Assembly (NCBI GenBank): GCA_045159875.1
Contig: CP067995.1
Coordinates: 2,784,001-2,848,000 of the forward strand
Origin: a cyanobacterium endosymbiont of Rhopalodia gibba
GTDB taxonomy: Bacteria; Cyanobacteriota; Cyanobacteriia; Cyanobacteriales; Microcystaceae
Length of the DNA: 64,000 nucleotides
Reading direction: 5' to 3'
Shown here: positions 10,779 to 22,330 of the stretch, in pieces
Layout of the letters: each line of letters starts with the position of its first letter
Position numbering within the stretch: the stretch's first letter is position 1
Position numbers and translations under genes: made by a program
Notes under the pieces: model-generated
What the model saw: only the letters and a program-made list of their open reading frames with translations
Databases searched by the model: none
Told to the model about the DNA's origin: nothing

Positions 10779-13700
10779 GTGTTCAAAGTATTGTCTGTCC
10801 GAGGAGGGACTTTTGCCGATAGAATTGTGGTGACTAACAATCAAAAAAATATATATAATATTTCAATAAGAAATATTATATATATTTTTATTTTTTAACA
10901 AAAAGTTGTTTTTATATATAAAATCTTGTCCAAAAAATCTAGTAAATATCAAGATACAGTTATTCAAGGCATTTGAGATATCATGGGAGTTAACACTCAT
11001 GAATTGCTAAATACAAAACAACTAGAAGTAATAAAAATGGTCGCCACAGTTTTACTGATGACCAAAAGATTTAAAGATGCTCTAAGAATTTGCTATTAGA
11101 ATCACCTCAATCTTTTTATACTTAATATCATTTTGTTTTCAATGTTACATAAACATGTTATTGAAGTTAATGAAAGATATGATGTTAAGGGGCATAAATT
11201 AAAAGCAATTAACCATGAATAGATATATCAAGACTTAAAACAAGTTTATGATCAAGAAATTAAAAGCTACGCTATTGTTTTTATGTACAGGTTTCGTTTT
11301 TCTTATTATGAAAACCAAGTTAGTCAAATTGCTCAATAAATTGGCTTGAATCAAGTTTCAGTTTCCCATCAAGTTAGTCCTCTAATGAAACTGCTAGGGA
11401 AAGGAGACACTACGGTTGTTGATGCTTATTTATTACCTATTTTACATCGATATATAGACCGAGTTTTAAGTCAGTTACCTGATGTCAAGTTGATGTTTAT
11501 GAAATCAGACAGAGGATTAGTCAATGTCGATCAGTTCCATGGAAAAGATAGTATTCTATTAGGTCCTACAGGAGGAATTATTGAGACAGTTAAAACTAGT
11601 TTAATGGCAGGCTTTAAAGAAATAATTACTTTCAATATGGAGGAACTTCTACTAATGTTGCTCACTTCAATGGGGAAGATGAAAGATAGATTGATAATGA
11701 AATTGCCGAGACCAGAATTAGAGTTCCTATGTTAAGTATTCACACGGTAGCTGCTGGTGGTAGTTCCATACTATTTTGATGGATTTAGCTTTCGTGTGGG
11801 GACGGAATCTGCTGGGGAAAATCCTGGACCTGCTTGCTATCGTCATTGTGGACCATTAATAGTAACGGATGCTAATGTTAGTGGGAGGGAAGATTCGCCC
11901 TGGTTATTTTCCTACTATTTTTGGAAGTCAAGAAAATTTGCCTTTAGATAAAGAAATCGTTAGTCAAAAATTTATTCGATTAGCACAATAATTTTATTGG
12001 GTTACAAGTAATTTCACTAAACCCCAAAAAATCGCTAATAGCTTTATTTTGCTGTTCAAAATATGTCCAACACAATCAAAAAATCTTCTCTACAAAAAAG
12101 CTGTAATATTTTAAAATATACTCTTACTAGGTTTGGTGCTGCAGGAGGACAGGTTTGCTATTTAATTGCTGATCCTTTAGGTATCAAAACAATTTTTTTC
12201 ATCCTTATGTAGAAATTTTAAGTGCTTATGGAATAAGTTTAGTAATTCTTCATGTGATTCAAGAAAAATCTGTTGAACAGTTATTAACTCAAAAGTCAAT
12301 TTTTTAATTAAATACATTGAGTAATGAGTTAGAGGTTAAAGGTAATGATAAACTTAATTCCCAAACTTTACAAGTAAAAAAAAAGTAACCTTAAAATATC
12401 AAGGGATAGATTCAACCTTATTAATTAATCTTTTAGGTACGTCAGAAACGATGGTTGAATCATTTGAGAAAGAGCATCAGTTGTGCTACGGTTTTATTCA
12501 ATCAAACAAACTTTTAATTGTGGAATCTATTTCTATCGAAATAATTCCACAAATAAAAACTAAAAAATAGCAGTTAATTAATCGTATTCGTCCACTTAAT
12601 AAGTCTCATAACTACATAGAAAATGTTTAAATTTTTACTAATATTTATTGGTAAATTTTTTCTTTTTTATAGACTATAAATATAGTCTAAAGATATTATT
12701 AATACTTTAAAAATATCGTTATTGTATCAACGATATTATGATCTGATTTTGTGATAATATAAATTTTTTATGCTTGATTCAAGAAGGATACTAAGGTATT
12801 CAGAATATATAGTTGTATAATGTATTTTCTGATTAACCAATAGTAGTTAAATTTTTTTTTATGGTTTATACTATCTATAGCTAACGGTCAGTATACATAA
12901 AAAAAAATGAAAGTTCAGTAAAAAATTATACTTGAACTTAAAAACAGATTAAATAATGTTTTGTCAAGTTCAACCCCATCCTATTTATCTCAAAATTTTA
13001 AAAAATCTCTATCAGTTCATTGCTGAACAGATGGGAATTACCCTACAAAATACGACATCTTCGGTAAACATAAAAAAACGTCTTGATTTTTCTTGTGCAA
13101 TTTTTAATAAACAAGAGTTATTGGTAGCCAATGCACCCTATATTTTCGTGCATTTAGGAAGTATGAATGAAAGCGTAAAAAGCTTAATTAAAGATGAAAA
13201 AAATTACTTTAAATTTGGCAATCTTTATTTTCCCAATAAACACTACAATGGAGGAACTTATTTACCTAATATAGCCATTATAATACATGTTTTTGTAAAT
13301 TTTAATACTTTTAAACTTATCTTTTATGTCGCGTTCCGTAGTCATTAAGCAGATATTGTGGGGAATTACTCCAGGATTAATGCTTCCCCATTCTAAATCT
13401 ATCTTAGAAGAATAGATTTTATTTAATAATTGTCTTTTGGTAGAATCAGGAATTTTCAAAGAAGAAGATATTAGAAATATTTGAGATGATAATCTCTATC
13501 GTGCGCGAAATTCAGAATAAAATATTGTGGACTTTAAGTCCAAAATTGCAGCCAATAAAACAGGAGGAAAAGAACTACACCGTATGATTGAACAATATGG
13601 ACTAAATACCGTACAGAGCTGAAAAATGTGCTAGTAAATCCATCGGAATTTTGAAAAATGAAGATTTCCCCCATACTTTAGCTTAAGGATCAGGAATTTA

Positions 13701-14501
13701 AAGAAAAATTACTATAGACAAAGAAAGTCATTGTGCAACTATTTATTATGCTAGAAATTTTTTCCAAAAAAAATGATGATTTTAATGTTACAAAAGTAGT
13801 TATTTAAACATTTATTTGATGGATTCTTAAAAATTTAGCAAAAGATGATATTCAGCTCAGCAGTAGATACATAAAACTACTTAGTCTAATCATTTCTAAA
13901 GGTTTTCTATTAAACCCCAATTATCCGTCTGGAGTTATTGCCGAAAATATTGAGACTTCTCATTCTCAATCAATTATTGATGCTTTATCTGGTGTATTGA
14001 AAGTCCTAACAGCTTCCCAAGGAACAATGAATAGCTTCATCGTTGATAACGAGAAATATCAGTATTATGAAAAAATCTGTGGAGGATCTAGAGCTGGTTA
14101 TAATTTTGATGGAACCGATACTGTTCATAGTCATATGACTAACTCTTGTTTAACTGCTCCAAAAGTTTTAGAATAGCGATTTCATGTCATATTTATAATA
14201 GTTTAGTATTCGCCCTAATAGTGGTGGGCAAGGATTATATAAAGGAGGTAATGGGGTAATTCGTCGTCTAAGATTTTTAGAATCGATAACGGCCACTATT
14301 TTATCGAGTTATCGTATTATTCCTCCTTTTGGTTTACTAGGAAGAGAACCAGAAATAGTGGGTAAAAACTATGTGATTAGAAAAGATGGAAGACTTGAAG
14401 CATTAGCTGGCATAGCCATGACTGAAATAAACTCAGAAGAAATTTTTGTTATTGAAACCCCTGGAGGAGGTAGATATGGAAATCAAGAATTGAGAATGTA
14501 G
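10779..14501 (+). pseudogene. 5-oxoprolinase (hydantoinase A+B fusion) pseudogene
   Basis: Colinear fragments: [93 protein letters not shown]; many stops and frameshifts. Confidence 0.93.
10845..10889. repeat. Perfect inverted repeat, 20-bp arms, 5-nt spacer, inside the 5' end of the oxoprolinase pseudogene
   Basis: aaaaatatatataatatttc-aataa-gaaatattatatatattttt. Confidence 0.9.
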
Positions 14502-14598
14502 AATAACTAATTTTAAAACAAAGTTTTAAAATTAAAATGTTTTAAGCAGATAGAATGGTAACATAATAAATAAATTAATTAATTTAACCGACTTTGTT

Positions 14599-14940
14599 AT
14601 GAGCGAGACAATTTTTACTAAAATTATTTGTAAAGAAATTCCTGCGGATATTGTCTATGAAGATGATCTATCCTTAGCTTTTAAAGATATTAATCCCCAA
14701 GCACCTGTTCATATTCTAGTTATTCCCAAAAAGCCAATTGCTAACTTAGAGGAAGGAACTGAAGAGGACAAAATTTTATTCGGACATTTATTATTAATAG
14801 TTCAAAAAATAGCTAGAGAAGTTAGATTAGATAATGGTTATCGAGTGGTCATTAATAATGGGAATGATGGTGGGCAAACAGTCAATCATCTACACTTACA
14901 TATTCTAGGAAAACGCCAGATGACTTGGCCACCAGGTTAA
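14599..14940 (+). CDS. Histidine triad (HIT) nucleotide-binding protein
   Basis: FKDINPQAPVHILVIPK, GQTVNHLHLH, C-terminal WPPG. Confidence 0.95.
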   Translation: MSETIFTKIICKEIPADIVYEDDLSLAFKDINPQAPVHILVIPKKPIANLEEGTEEDKILFGHLLLIVQKIAREVRLDNGYRVVINNGNDGGQTVNHLHLHILGKRQMTWPPG

Positions 14941-14954
14941 TTCTGAATTCAAAT

Positions 14955-14999
14955 AATTTGACAAGTAGAGTGGGCATTGCCCACTCTACTTGTCAAATT
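14955..14999. repeat. Perfect inverted repeat, 22-bp arms, 1-nt spacer; GTAG...CTAC REP-like core, possibly terminator
   Basis: aatttgacaagtagagtgggca-t-tgcccactctacttgtcaaatt, 15 bp after the HIT stop. Confidence 0.9.
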
Positions 15000-15329
15000 G
15001 GAGTGCGTCCAAATTGATCTCCTTAGAACCGCTAGTCTTTGATTGTTGTAAAACTTTTTTGAATTCAATTTCAATTGAAGCAGCGATGAAAACAGTTAAC
15101 GGTAAACAGATACCATAGCACATACACAGATTAAAAAGAAAAATTTCTAGTCTAGACATAAGAAATACACAAATTTCCAGGTAAATTCCTGAAAAAGTAG
15201 TTTTAACCCTAAATTTTAAAGGATATAAGTTAGCAGGTTTTTAACTATTCTTTTATATGAGACTTAAGGATTGCTTCAAAAGTAATACAATGAGTTAATC
15301 CAATAAACAAACCAACAAAGATCAAAAAA

Positions 15330-16952
15330 TAAGACCGTTCAGGTAAGTAATACGAAAAGAATAGTCAGTAATCATTTTTCTTAGCAATTAATAATCATCA
15401 ATTTAACTTATTTTGACATTGGCAAGAATAATAGTAGCCATACCTGCATTAGAGAATTGTCGAAAGGTATTAAGAGCAGTATCGAGTAAATTTTGAGGTT
15501 TAAAATTATCATTTACTAATCCCAAAATGTGTTGCACTTCCTCTGTATGTAACCGGTTATCTTCGATTACAATCAACAATAACTAACAACATATATAGGG
15601 TCCTTCGTTCGACAAAATAAATTAAAATTTTAATTGTGCCATTGGCAGCAAATCAAGTTATTTATCTAACCGCCGACGCAGTTGGGGAGATTCTCCTGTC
15701 AATAATTTTCGGGAAATATGAGGATAAACCACTTCAACAATTTTTTAATTAGGATTAAGACTTAAGGCTGACCATTCTTGAATGATTAAAGACCGAACAA
15801 TCAAGGCAAATTGATCCGGAGTTCGGAGAGGATATTCACACATTAACATCGAAAAATTATCAGTAATAGTTTTAAAGTTAAAATCCTCCATACTTTGACT
15901 AATTGAATTATCTAGAACCTTTTCTAAAGCTGGGATAATTGGCGTAATATCCGTATCAAGAGTTAAAAAAACTAGGTTAACAAAGTATTTAGATCAAGGA
16001 TTGCAATCTCAATTGATCAATTGAACTGCAGAATTTACAATGGTTTCCTTAGTCTCTTTTTCTATTGGTAGGAAAACAAACATGTTCTGAAAGTTGGCAT
16101 ACTCTTGTATATTATCCCGATTTTAATAATGACATAGGGGTTAAGACCAGCTGCTTTGTTTTTCTTATGTCTGTCAGTTTAACCCATTGATCCATTCTAG
16201 AGTTAAGACTTAGTTACTAGTATATTGCCAATAAATACAAAAAATTTTACATCAAGATCATTGTGAAAATTTAAGAAAAAAATTTTTTAGTATTTTTTCC
16301 TTCACTTATATAGTCAATCTCTTCAAAAAGCTTAACGCCAAATTAATCAACAATTGAGCTGAGATAATGACCTGAATTAAGAGGTAACCACTGAAAAAAT
16401 TGACAGGTAGTCCATTACATACGTAAAACGTAAATTAGGCTGTTACATTTTAACGGTTACTTCTTTTCCTCTAAAACTGCCTGATAAACTTATCCTAAAC
16501 TAGCTGTAACCACAGAAGAGGCAGAAATTCTTCGGTAAACTTCACCTAAAGTACGGCTTAGGCATTTTTCTATGATGGCAAAAGTTTCTTTATTCTTGAA
16601 AGGGGGAAATTGATCTTGGAGTTTGATTAATTCCTCGAGCAAATCTGGGCAAATTAAATCTGTTCTAGTCGAGAGTGCCTGACCTAATCTTAATAAAGGT
16701 TGGGCTAAGATAGGTAAAAATTTATCACAATTTCCTAGCACATTTCTGTTTATTAAGTTAATCGTGATGGAACTATTGTTCCCACTGGAGATAGATAAGA
16801 AATCACACAAACAACTAGATAATGATTATAGCTCGCCAAACTATTTTCCAAGGTCGGAGGCGATAATAGTCTTCGATCACGTTGAGGTTATAACGCTGGA
16901 TTTATTTAATATTTAAATTTGTATCAGATAGATCTTATTATTGTCAATTCAT
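15330..16952 (-). pseudogene. AarF/ABC1/UbiB kinase pseudogene
   Basis: YYRLRPW, LGQALSTRTDL..ELIKLQDQFPPF, TASLG*VYQA, EEIDYISEG, LTLEWING, FALIVRSLIIQE fragments with stops and frameshifts; 3' end approximate. Confidence 0.9.
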
Positions 16953-18021
16953 AAGCCAAAATAATACCTCTTGATGTAAAAAATAGATAGATAAATAAGA
17001 TAAATTTTAAAAAATTATATAAAAAGTAAATTCTTATTCATAACTACAAAACGATGTATTTTTGATTCTAAAAACTATCTTCTTTAAAAAACAAAAAAAT
17101 TATTATATAATATACATTTTAATTTATTTAAAAATCAATGATTTTGTATTATTGAATAATTAATATATATTTTTTTTATAAGCTGTTATTGTTTTATTTT
17201 TACAATTACTAATGCCATATTTTTTAATGCGTAAATAAAAATTACTTAATTTCAATAAAAAGGTTAGGCTATATTGAGCTACTTGAAATATTGATTCTGC
17301 TTAATAGATCATCTAATACATAAGATAGAAAAAAAATATTAGTAACTAATGAAGAGTAAATTTTTTAAAAAGAAATAACTATATAATTTACTTAGTAAAA
17401 AGTATGCTTCAATTGATTTGATATTAATTAAATTTAAACTTATAGAATTAAATATTCAACTTATTTAAATAAATTAAATACTAAATTTAGCAGAACTTAT
17501 GAACTTTAAATTGTTAATAATCTGGGAAAAATTTATATTCATAGTGCTTTAACTACCAGAAAAGTATCTTAAAATAATAAACTAACTATCAAGAATCTAC
17601 CTTAGGTAGACAAATCTGCTATTTTAATATTAATAGTCGTTACATAAAATTTAATTTATATAGAAATTTATCTATATAAATAGAAATTTTTTCTTAAATA
17701 AAATACTGAGTGTATTTTATTTAACTGGATAGAATACGCAGCTAAAATAATATATAAAAAATAAAATTTAAGTCAGCAACCATAAATAAAAAAATAAATA
17801 TTAATAATGTTAATAGCAAATATTTTTTAGTTATTCAACTATAAAGTAATTGTAATACAGTATTACACATTAGTTATATAAGCATAAAAATATTAAATAT
17901 ATATTAATAGCTTGAATTAAAATAATAGCATACATATTTGATTTGAAAAGATAAGTAAATACTAAATTAAATAGTTAAATACTCAAAAAGCTTAGTTAAA
18001 AACAAAAGATAAATAAATAAC

Positions 18022-18073
18022 AATAGAAAGAAATAAACCAGAGTTTTGTACACCTGGTTTATTTCTTTCTATT
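18022..18073. repeat. Perfect inverted repeat, 20-bp arms, 12-nt spacer
   Basis: aatagaaagaaataaaccag-agttttgtacac-ctggtttatttctttctatt. Confidence 0.93.
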
Positions 18074-18469
18074 AAGCTATTTTATGTCTAATTTTTTTAA
18101 AACTACTAAATGTGTGATAGACAAATGAGTCTTTGAGAGCAAAAAAGTACTCTTAAACATTAATTTAATCTTGTTTCTACTGGATATGTGAGAAATCACT
18201 AACTCTCTTTTTCTAATTAAATCAAGAAGAAAACTTAGAACCTCCCCCGACGCATCGCGGTAAAAATAAGATGAATGGCAGTAAATTGGAAATATTAAAT
18301 TTTTTTAAACGGTCCTCACAGTTGCTGTGAGTAATCGTAATTTAAAAGTGGCAATTGGTTAATTAATTTAAAAGTCATCGAAACTAGCACCAAACTTAGG
18401 ACAATAACTCGTTATTATAGAGATTGGAAAGCTTGTATAATTTATAGCTTTTAGGAGTCACCATCACCG

Positions 18470-18826
18470 ATGACACAAGCCACTCAAACCCAATCCAAAG
18501 GAATTCAACTTACAGAAACTGCTCTAAAGCATGTTCTGATGTTACGCGAACAACAAGGGACGGACCTTTGTTTACGCGTCGGTGTCCGTCAAGGAGGATG
18601 TTCGGGAATGTCCTATATGATGGACTTTGAAGACGAAAGTAAAATTACTGAACACGATGAGGTGTTTGATTACGAAGGATTTAAAATCGTCTGTGATTGC
18701 AAAAGCATCCTCTATCTATATGGACTCGTTCTCAATTACAGTAATGCCATGATTGGTGGTGGGTTTCAATTTACTAACCCCAATGCCAGTCAAACTTGTG
18801 GTTGTGGCACTTCTTTTGCCGTTTAA
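18470..18826 (+). CDS. iscA: A-type Fe-S carrier protein (HesB/IscA/SufA family)
   Basis: GGCSGMSY and NPNASQTCGCGTSF motifs; AGGAG RBS upstream. Confidence 0.92.
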   Translation: MTQATQTQSKGIQLTETALKHVLMLREQQGTDLCLRVGVRQGGCSGMSYMMDFEDESKITEHDEVFDYEGFKIVCDCKSILYLYGLVLNYSNAMIGGGFQFTNPNASQTCGCGTSFAV

Positions 18827-18932
18827 AAACGTCGCCTTTTAGACGTTGTTTGTTTAACCAGGAAGAAATCGAGATAGACTAACAGTGTCTGTCTCGGCCA
18901 TTCTCTACTACCTATAGTATCCATAAATTTTA

Positions 18933-19358
18933 ATGACTGACTCTCTTGAAACTACTTTTGAACAAGGATTAGAACGTTATAAGCAAGGGGAATCTCCCGA
19001 AACGCTAATCCCTTGTTTTAAACATATTTGTGAACGCACGCCAAAAAATAGCACCGCCTGGGCCTGTTTAGCCTGGCTTTACCTTCTCGTCGAGAGACCT
19101 GAAAGCGCCCTTAAAGCCGCTAATAAAAGTATTAAAATAGACAACAGGCCTCCCCAAGCAAGGATCAACCTAGCCCTCGCTATGCTAGACATTGGAGCTA
19201 AAGGAGTTCGTGGTCATATTGAAGCGGCTGAACGGATAATGTCCCTTGATGACGAAATTCGCCAAGATATTAGAGAAAATATTGCAGATGGCTTAGCCCG
19301 CAAACCCGACTGGAAAAATCTTCAGCGAGTTAAAAATTGGTTGTTTCCTCTAGAATAA
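18933..19358 (+). CDS. TPR-like repeat protein
   Basis: AWACLAWLYLL...ALKAA..SIKID..PQARINLALA helical repeat. Confidence 0.8.
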   Translation: MTDSLETTFEQGLERYKQGESPETLIPCFKHICERTPKNSTAWACLAWLYLLVERPESALKAANKSIKIDNRPPQARINLALAMLDIGAKGVRGHIEAAERIMSLDDEIRQDIRENIADGLARKPDWKNLQRVKNWLFPLE

Positions 19359-19359
19359 T

Positions 19360-20235
19360 ATGGATTTATCAAGAAATCTTTTAATTGGTCTAAAAGCTGA
19401 CGATTTCCGTCACCCCCTCGATTTGCAAACTACCACTGCCCTCAAACAACTCCCTGGACTTGACATGGTAATACGTAATTTACTGGGGTCAGTGGCTGAA
19501 CAGTTTTTTTACCTGAATAACATCACTTCAAGTATTCGTGTAAGTGACAGGCAACTTCCAAATCTCCACACTCTGTTAATAGAAGCTTGTCGTATTCTTG
19601 ATTTAGAACCGCCTCAACTCTACATCCAACAAAATTCCGTTCCCAACGCTTATACCTTTGCGATGCAGGGAAAACAGCCTTTTATGGTAATTCACACTTC
19701 TTTGATTGAAATTTTGACCACTGAAGAAATTCAGGGGGTGATGGCCCATGAATTAGGACATCTCAAGTGTGAGCATGGGGTTTATTTGACCTTGGCTAAC
19801 ATTCTGGTATTAGCGGCAAATTTATTGCCTAATTGGGGAGTAGCTCTTGCTCAATTTTTACAAAGTCAAATCTTAGAATGGTTGCGCTGTGCGGAATTAA
19901 GTTGTGATCGCGCCGCTTTGTTAGCAACTCAAAACCCTAAGGTTGTGATGTCAGTGTTAATGAAATTGTCCGGTGGTTCTCCGACTATTGCCCCTCAATT
20001 AAATCTAGATGCGTTTATTGAACAGGCAAGAGACTATGAAGGAATTAACAACACCTTTTTAGGAGAAATGCTTAAAACAGCGCAAACTGAGCAACTAACT
20101 CATCCCGTCCCCGTATTACGGGCCAAAGAACTTGATCGTTGGGCGAGTTCCTATGAATATCAGCAGTTGTTAGAAACTGGACAAACACAGTATAATCGGA
20201 AGTATAGTGCTAAGGGCGGATGGCGAAATTGGTAG
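19360..20235 (+). CDS. M48 family zinc metallopeptidase
   Basis: PNAY, HELGH (HExxH), AELSCDRA and THP motifs. Confidence 0.93.
   Translation: MDLSRNLLIGLKADDFRHPLDLQTTTALKQLPGLDMVIRNLLGSVAEQFFYLNNITSSIRVSDRQLPNLHTLLIEACRILDLEPPQLYIQQNSVPNAYTFAMQGKQPFMVIHTSLIEILTTEEIQGVMAHELGHLKCEHGVYLTLANILVLAANLLPNWGVALAQFLQSQILEWLRCAELSCDRAALLATQNPKVVMSVLMKLSGGSPTIAPQLNLDAFIEQARDYEGINNTFLGEMLKTAQTEQLTHPVPVLRAKELDRWASSYEYQQLLETGQTQYNRKYSAKGGWRNW
20167..20196 (+). promoter_or_regulatory. Putative sigma70 promoter for tRNA-Leu embedded in the M48 CDS
   Basis: TTGTTA-N18-TATAAT, ending 17 nt upstream of the tRNA 5' end. Confidence 0.5.
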
Positions 20236-20295
20236 ACGCACCACACTCAAAATGTGGCGGCTTTGGTCATGGGGGTTCGAGTCCCCCTCTGCCCA
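20214..20295 (+). tRNA. trnL: tRNA-Leu(CAA)
   Basis: Acceptor GGGCGGA/TCTGCCC-A; D-loop TGGTAGAC; anticodon arm CCACA-CTCAAAA-TGTGG; long variable arm; GGGGG-TTCGAGT-CCCCC T-arm; CCA not encoded. Confidence 0.97.
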
Positions 20296-20445
20296 CTCAT
20301 AAAAACTCGGAGAATTATAAACTTAAATCCTAAAGGATTTGGCTGTGCAATTAGGTTAGATTAGGGAGGAGATTAACTTCGATAGGGAGGTATGAGGGCA
20401 ATAAGTTTTCACCCGTACCATGACCTACCGATTTGTGCCCCGTAA

Positions 20446-21654
20446 TTAAATTTCAGAAGGATTGACGGGAAAATAAAATTCCGTTCCTTGGTCAATAAGG
20501 TGTTGATTGTTGGACAAAATCTCTTTTTTAAAGTTCCAAGCTAACACATAATAAATATCAGGAAGTTCTGTTAATTCCTTTTCTATAATAAGGGGAATAT
20601 GCATTCCCGGAGAGTAGAGTCCCCGTCTTAGCTCGTTTTTTTCAACTAAATAATCAAGATATTGGGTTCCAATTCCGAAGTAATTTAACATAGTATTTCC
20701 CTTAACCGGTGCGCCAAATCCCCAGATTCGCTTACCGTCTTTTTTGGCTCTTTCAAGATAAGCTAAGTTATCTACTTTCATTTGTTCGATACGCTTAGCG
20801 AAATTTAAATAGGTAGATAATTCATTACTTTTTTCATTTACTTCTGCTCTTCTCATTGTAAGAAGGCGATCAGTGGGTTTTTTAGTTCCTTCATGAGTGA
20901 CAAATCCGATAATTGAACCGCCGTGAATAGGAGATAAATACGCATCAAACATTGAGAGGCCATGACGGTTAAGTAATACTTCAATAGTGTTAAGGTTATA
21001 GTAAAGTAAATGTTCGTGATAAATCTGATCAAAAGCTAGATTATCAATAATACGTTTCATATAAAGAAACTGCACTATAAACACTCCATCTTCATGTAAT
21101 GCTTCTCGAATTCCTTCTGTAACTGAATGGAGTTCCTCAAGATGGAAAAATACCCCGGCTGCGTTGATAGCGTGAAACTTACGATCAAGACCTTTAGCTA
21201 CTTCTAAATTAAAGAAATCGTTGAGGGTAGGAATTTCTGCATCATTAGCAATTCTCGCTGTAGTTTTCGATGATTCTACTCCTAGAACATCATAACCAAG
21301 AGCTTGAAAATGTTTTAATTGTGTCCCATCATTAGACCCAATATCTAAGACGGATTTGTTAGGAGTTTTTTGAAAAAAGCGATCATCAACTTCATAAGCG
21401 ACTTTTTTAAAGTGTTCACTTAAGGATTTTGTTACACCAGATAAATAAGTATGATTTCCAAACATGATTTCTTTCTTAACAGTATAATCAAGTTGGACGG
21501 TTCCACAGTCATGACAATAGAAAACTCGTAAGGGGTAGAAGGGTTCTGTTCCGACCTCTTCAAAATTTAAAAAATGATTACACCAAGGTTGATTTCCTAA
21601 GTCAATTGCTAATTCTAAGTTACTAGAGTCACAGACACGACAAATAGTATTCAA
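20446..21654 (-). CDS. SAM-dependent NDP-sugar C-methyltransferase family protein
   Basis: N-terminal CxxC...CxxC Zn site, LDIGSNDG, FDQIYHEH, IHGGS, GFGAPVKG, LAWNF; TTG start. Confidence 0.88.
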   Translation of the reverse strand: MNTICRVCDSSNLELAIDLGNQPWCNHFLNFEEVGTEPFYPLRVFYCHDCGTVQLDYTVKKEIMFGNHTYLSGVTKSLSEHFKKVAYEVDDRFFQKTPNKSVLDIGSNDGTQLKHFQALGYDVLGVESSKTTARIANDAEIPTLNDFFNLEVAKGLDRKFHAINAAGVFFHLEELHSVTEGIREALHEDGVFIVQFLYMKRIIDNLAFDQIYHEHLLYYNLNTIEVLLNRHGLSMFDAYLSPIHGGSIIGFVTHEGTKKPTDRLLTMRRAEVNEKSNELSTYLNFAKRIEQMKVDNLAYLERAKKDGKRIWGFGAPVKGNTMLNYFGIGTQYLDYLVEKNELRRGLYSPGMHIPLIIEKELTELPDIYYVLAWNFKKEILSNNQHLIDQGTEFYFPVNPSEI

Positions 21655-21849
21655 GTTAGTTTTCTCTCCTAAGTTAATCTAGTAAACAATGATAGTTTAT
21701 GTAAAAGGTTAATAACTAGGTTGATCGACAACCAAATTATCATTTTATAAATTTATTTTATTCATTTTTACTAACTATTCTCTATATGAGAGAACCATAA
21801 ATAATCTACTCCTAGCCAAATATTTCTATTTTCTTTACAGTTTTGGCTG

Positions 21850-22330
21850 ATTAAAGAAAATACCATTTCTAGTTAAGAAGAAAAAGACATATATCTACCT
21901 GACACCAAGATTTCAACTCGATTGGCAGCTACTAAATAAATAGACTCTTAATATATGTTGTTCGTTCCAATACCAATTTTTAAACTCATTAGGGTAATCA
22001 CAAGAGATTTCAAGATCATGGATTCCAATAACTACACCAGACTTTAGCATAGGCAAAATAGCCATAATAAAAACGTTAACATCAGAGTTCATAAAAGAGC
22101 GGTAACTACTATCGACAAAGAGAAACCCTTCTGATTCTAATTAGAAAAAAATAGATAAATTACAAGTTTATAAGTCTTTGCGGCTCTCTGATTACAGACA
22201 GTATCAACTTCTGCATGAGGATAAAGTTAGATAGCAAAATTTAGTTCTCTCAATTTTGCTAATTAATAGCTCTAGCAGTAAATGATGTACTAAAGCAACA
22301 TCAGAAGCATTTAATAGTGTTTTCAACCAG
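21850..22330 (-). pseudogene. Class I SAM methyltransferase (Methyltransf_24-like) remnant
   Basis: Minus strand of ~21960-22130 reads LFVDSSYRSFMNSDVNVFIMAILPMLKSGVVIGIHD..DYP....WYWNEQ; flanks broken, ends approximate. Confidence 0.75.

Noticed and set aside
11346..13459. ORFs 11346, 11757, 12956 and 13262 as separate genes
   Set aside because: Fragments or antisense shadow of the oxoprolinase pseudogene
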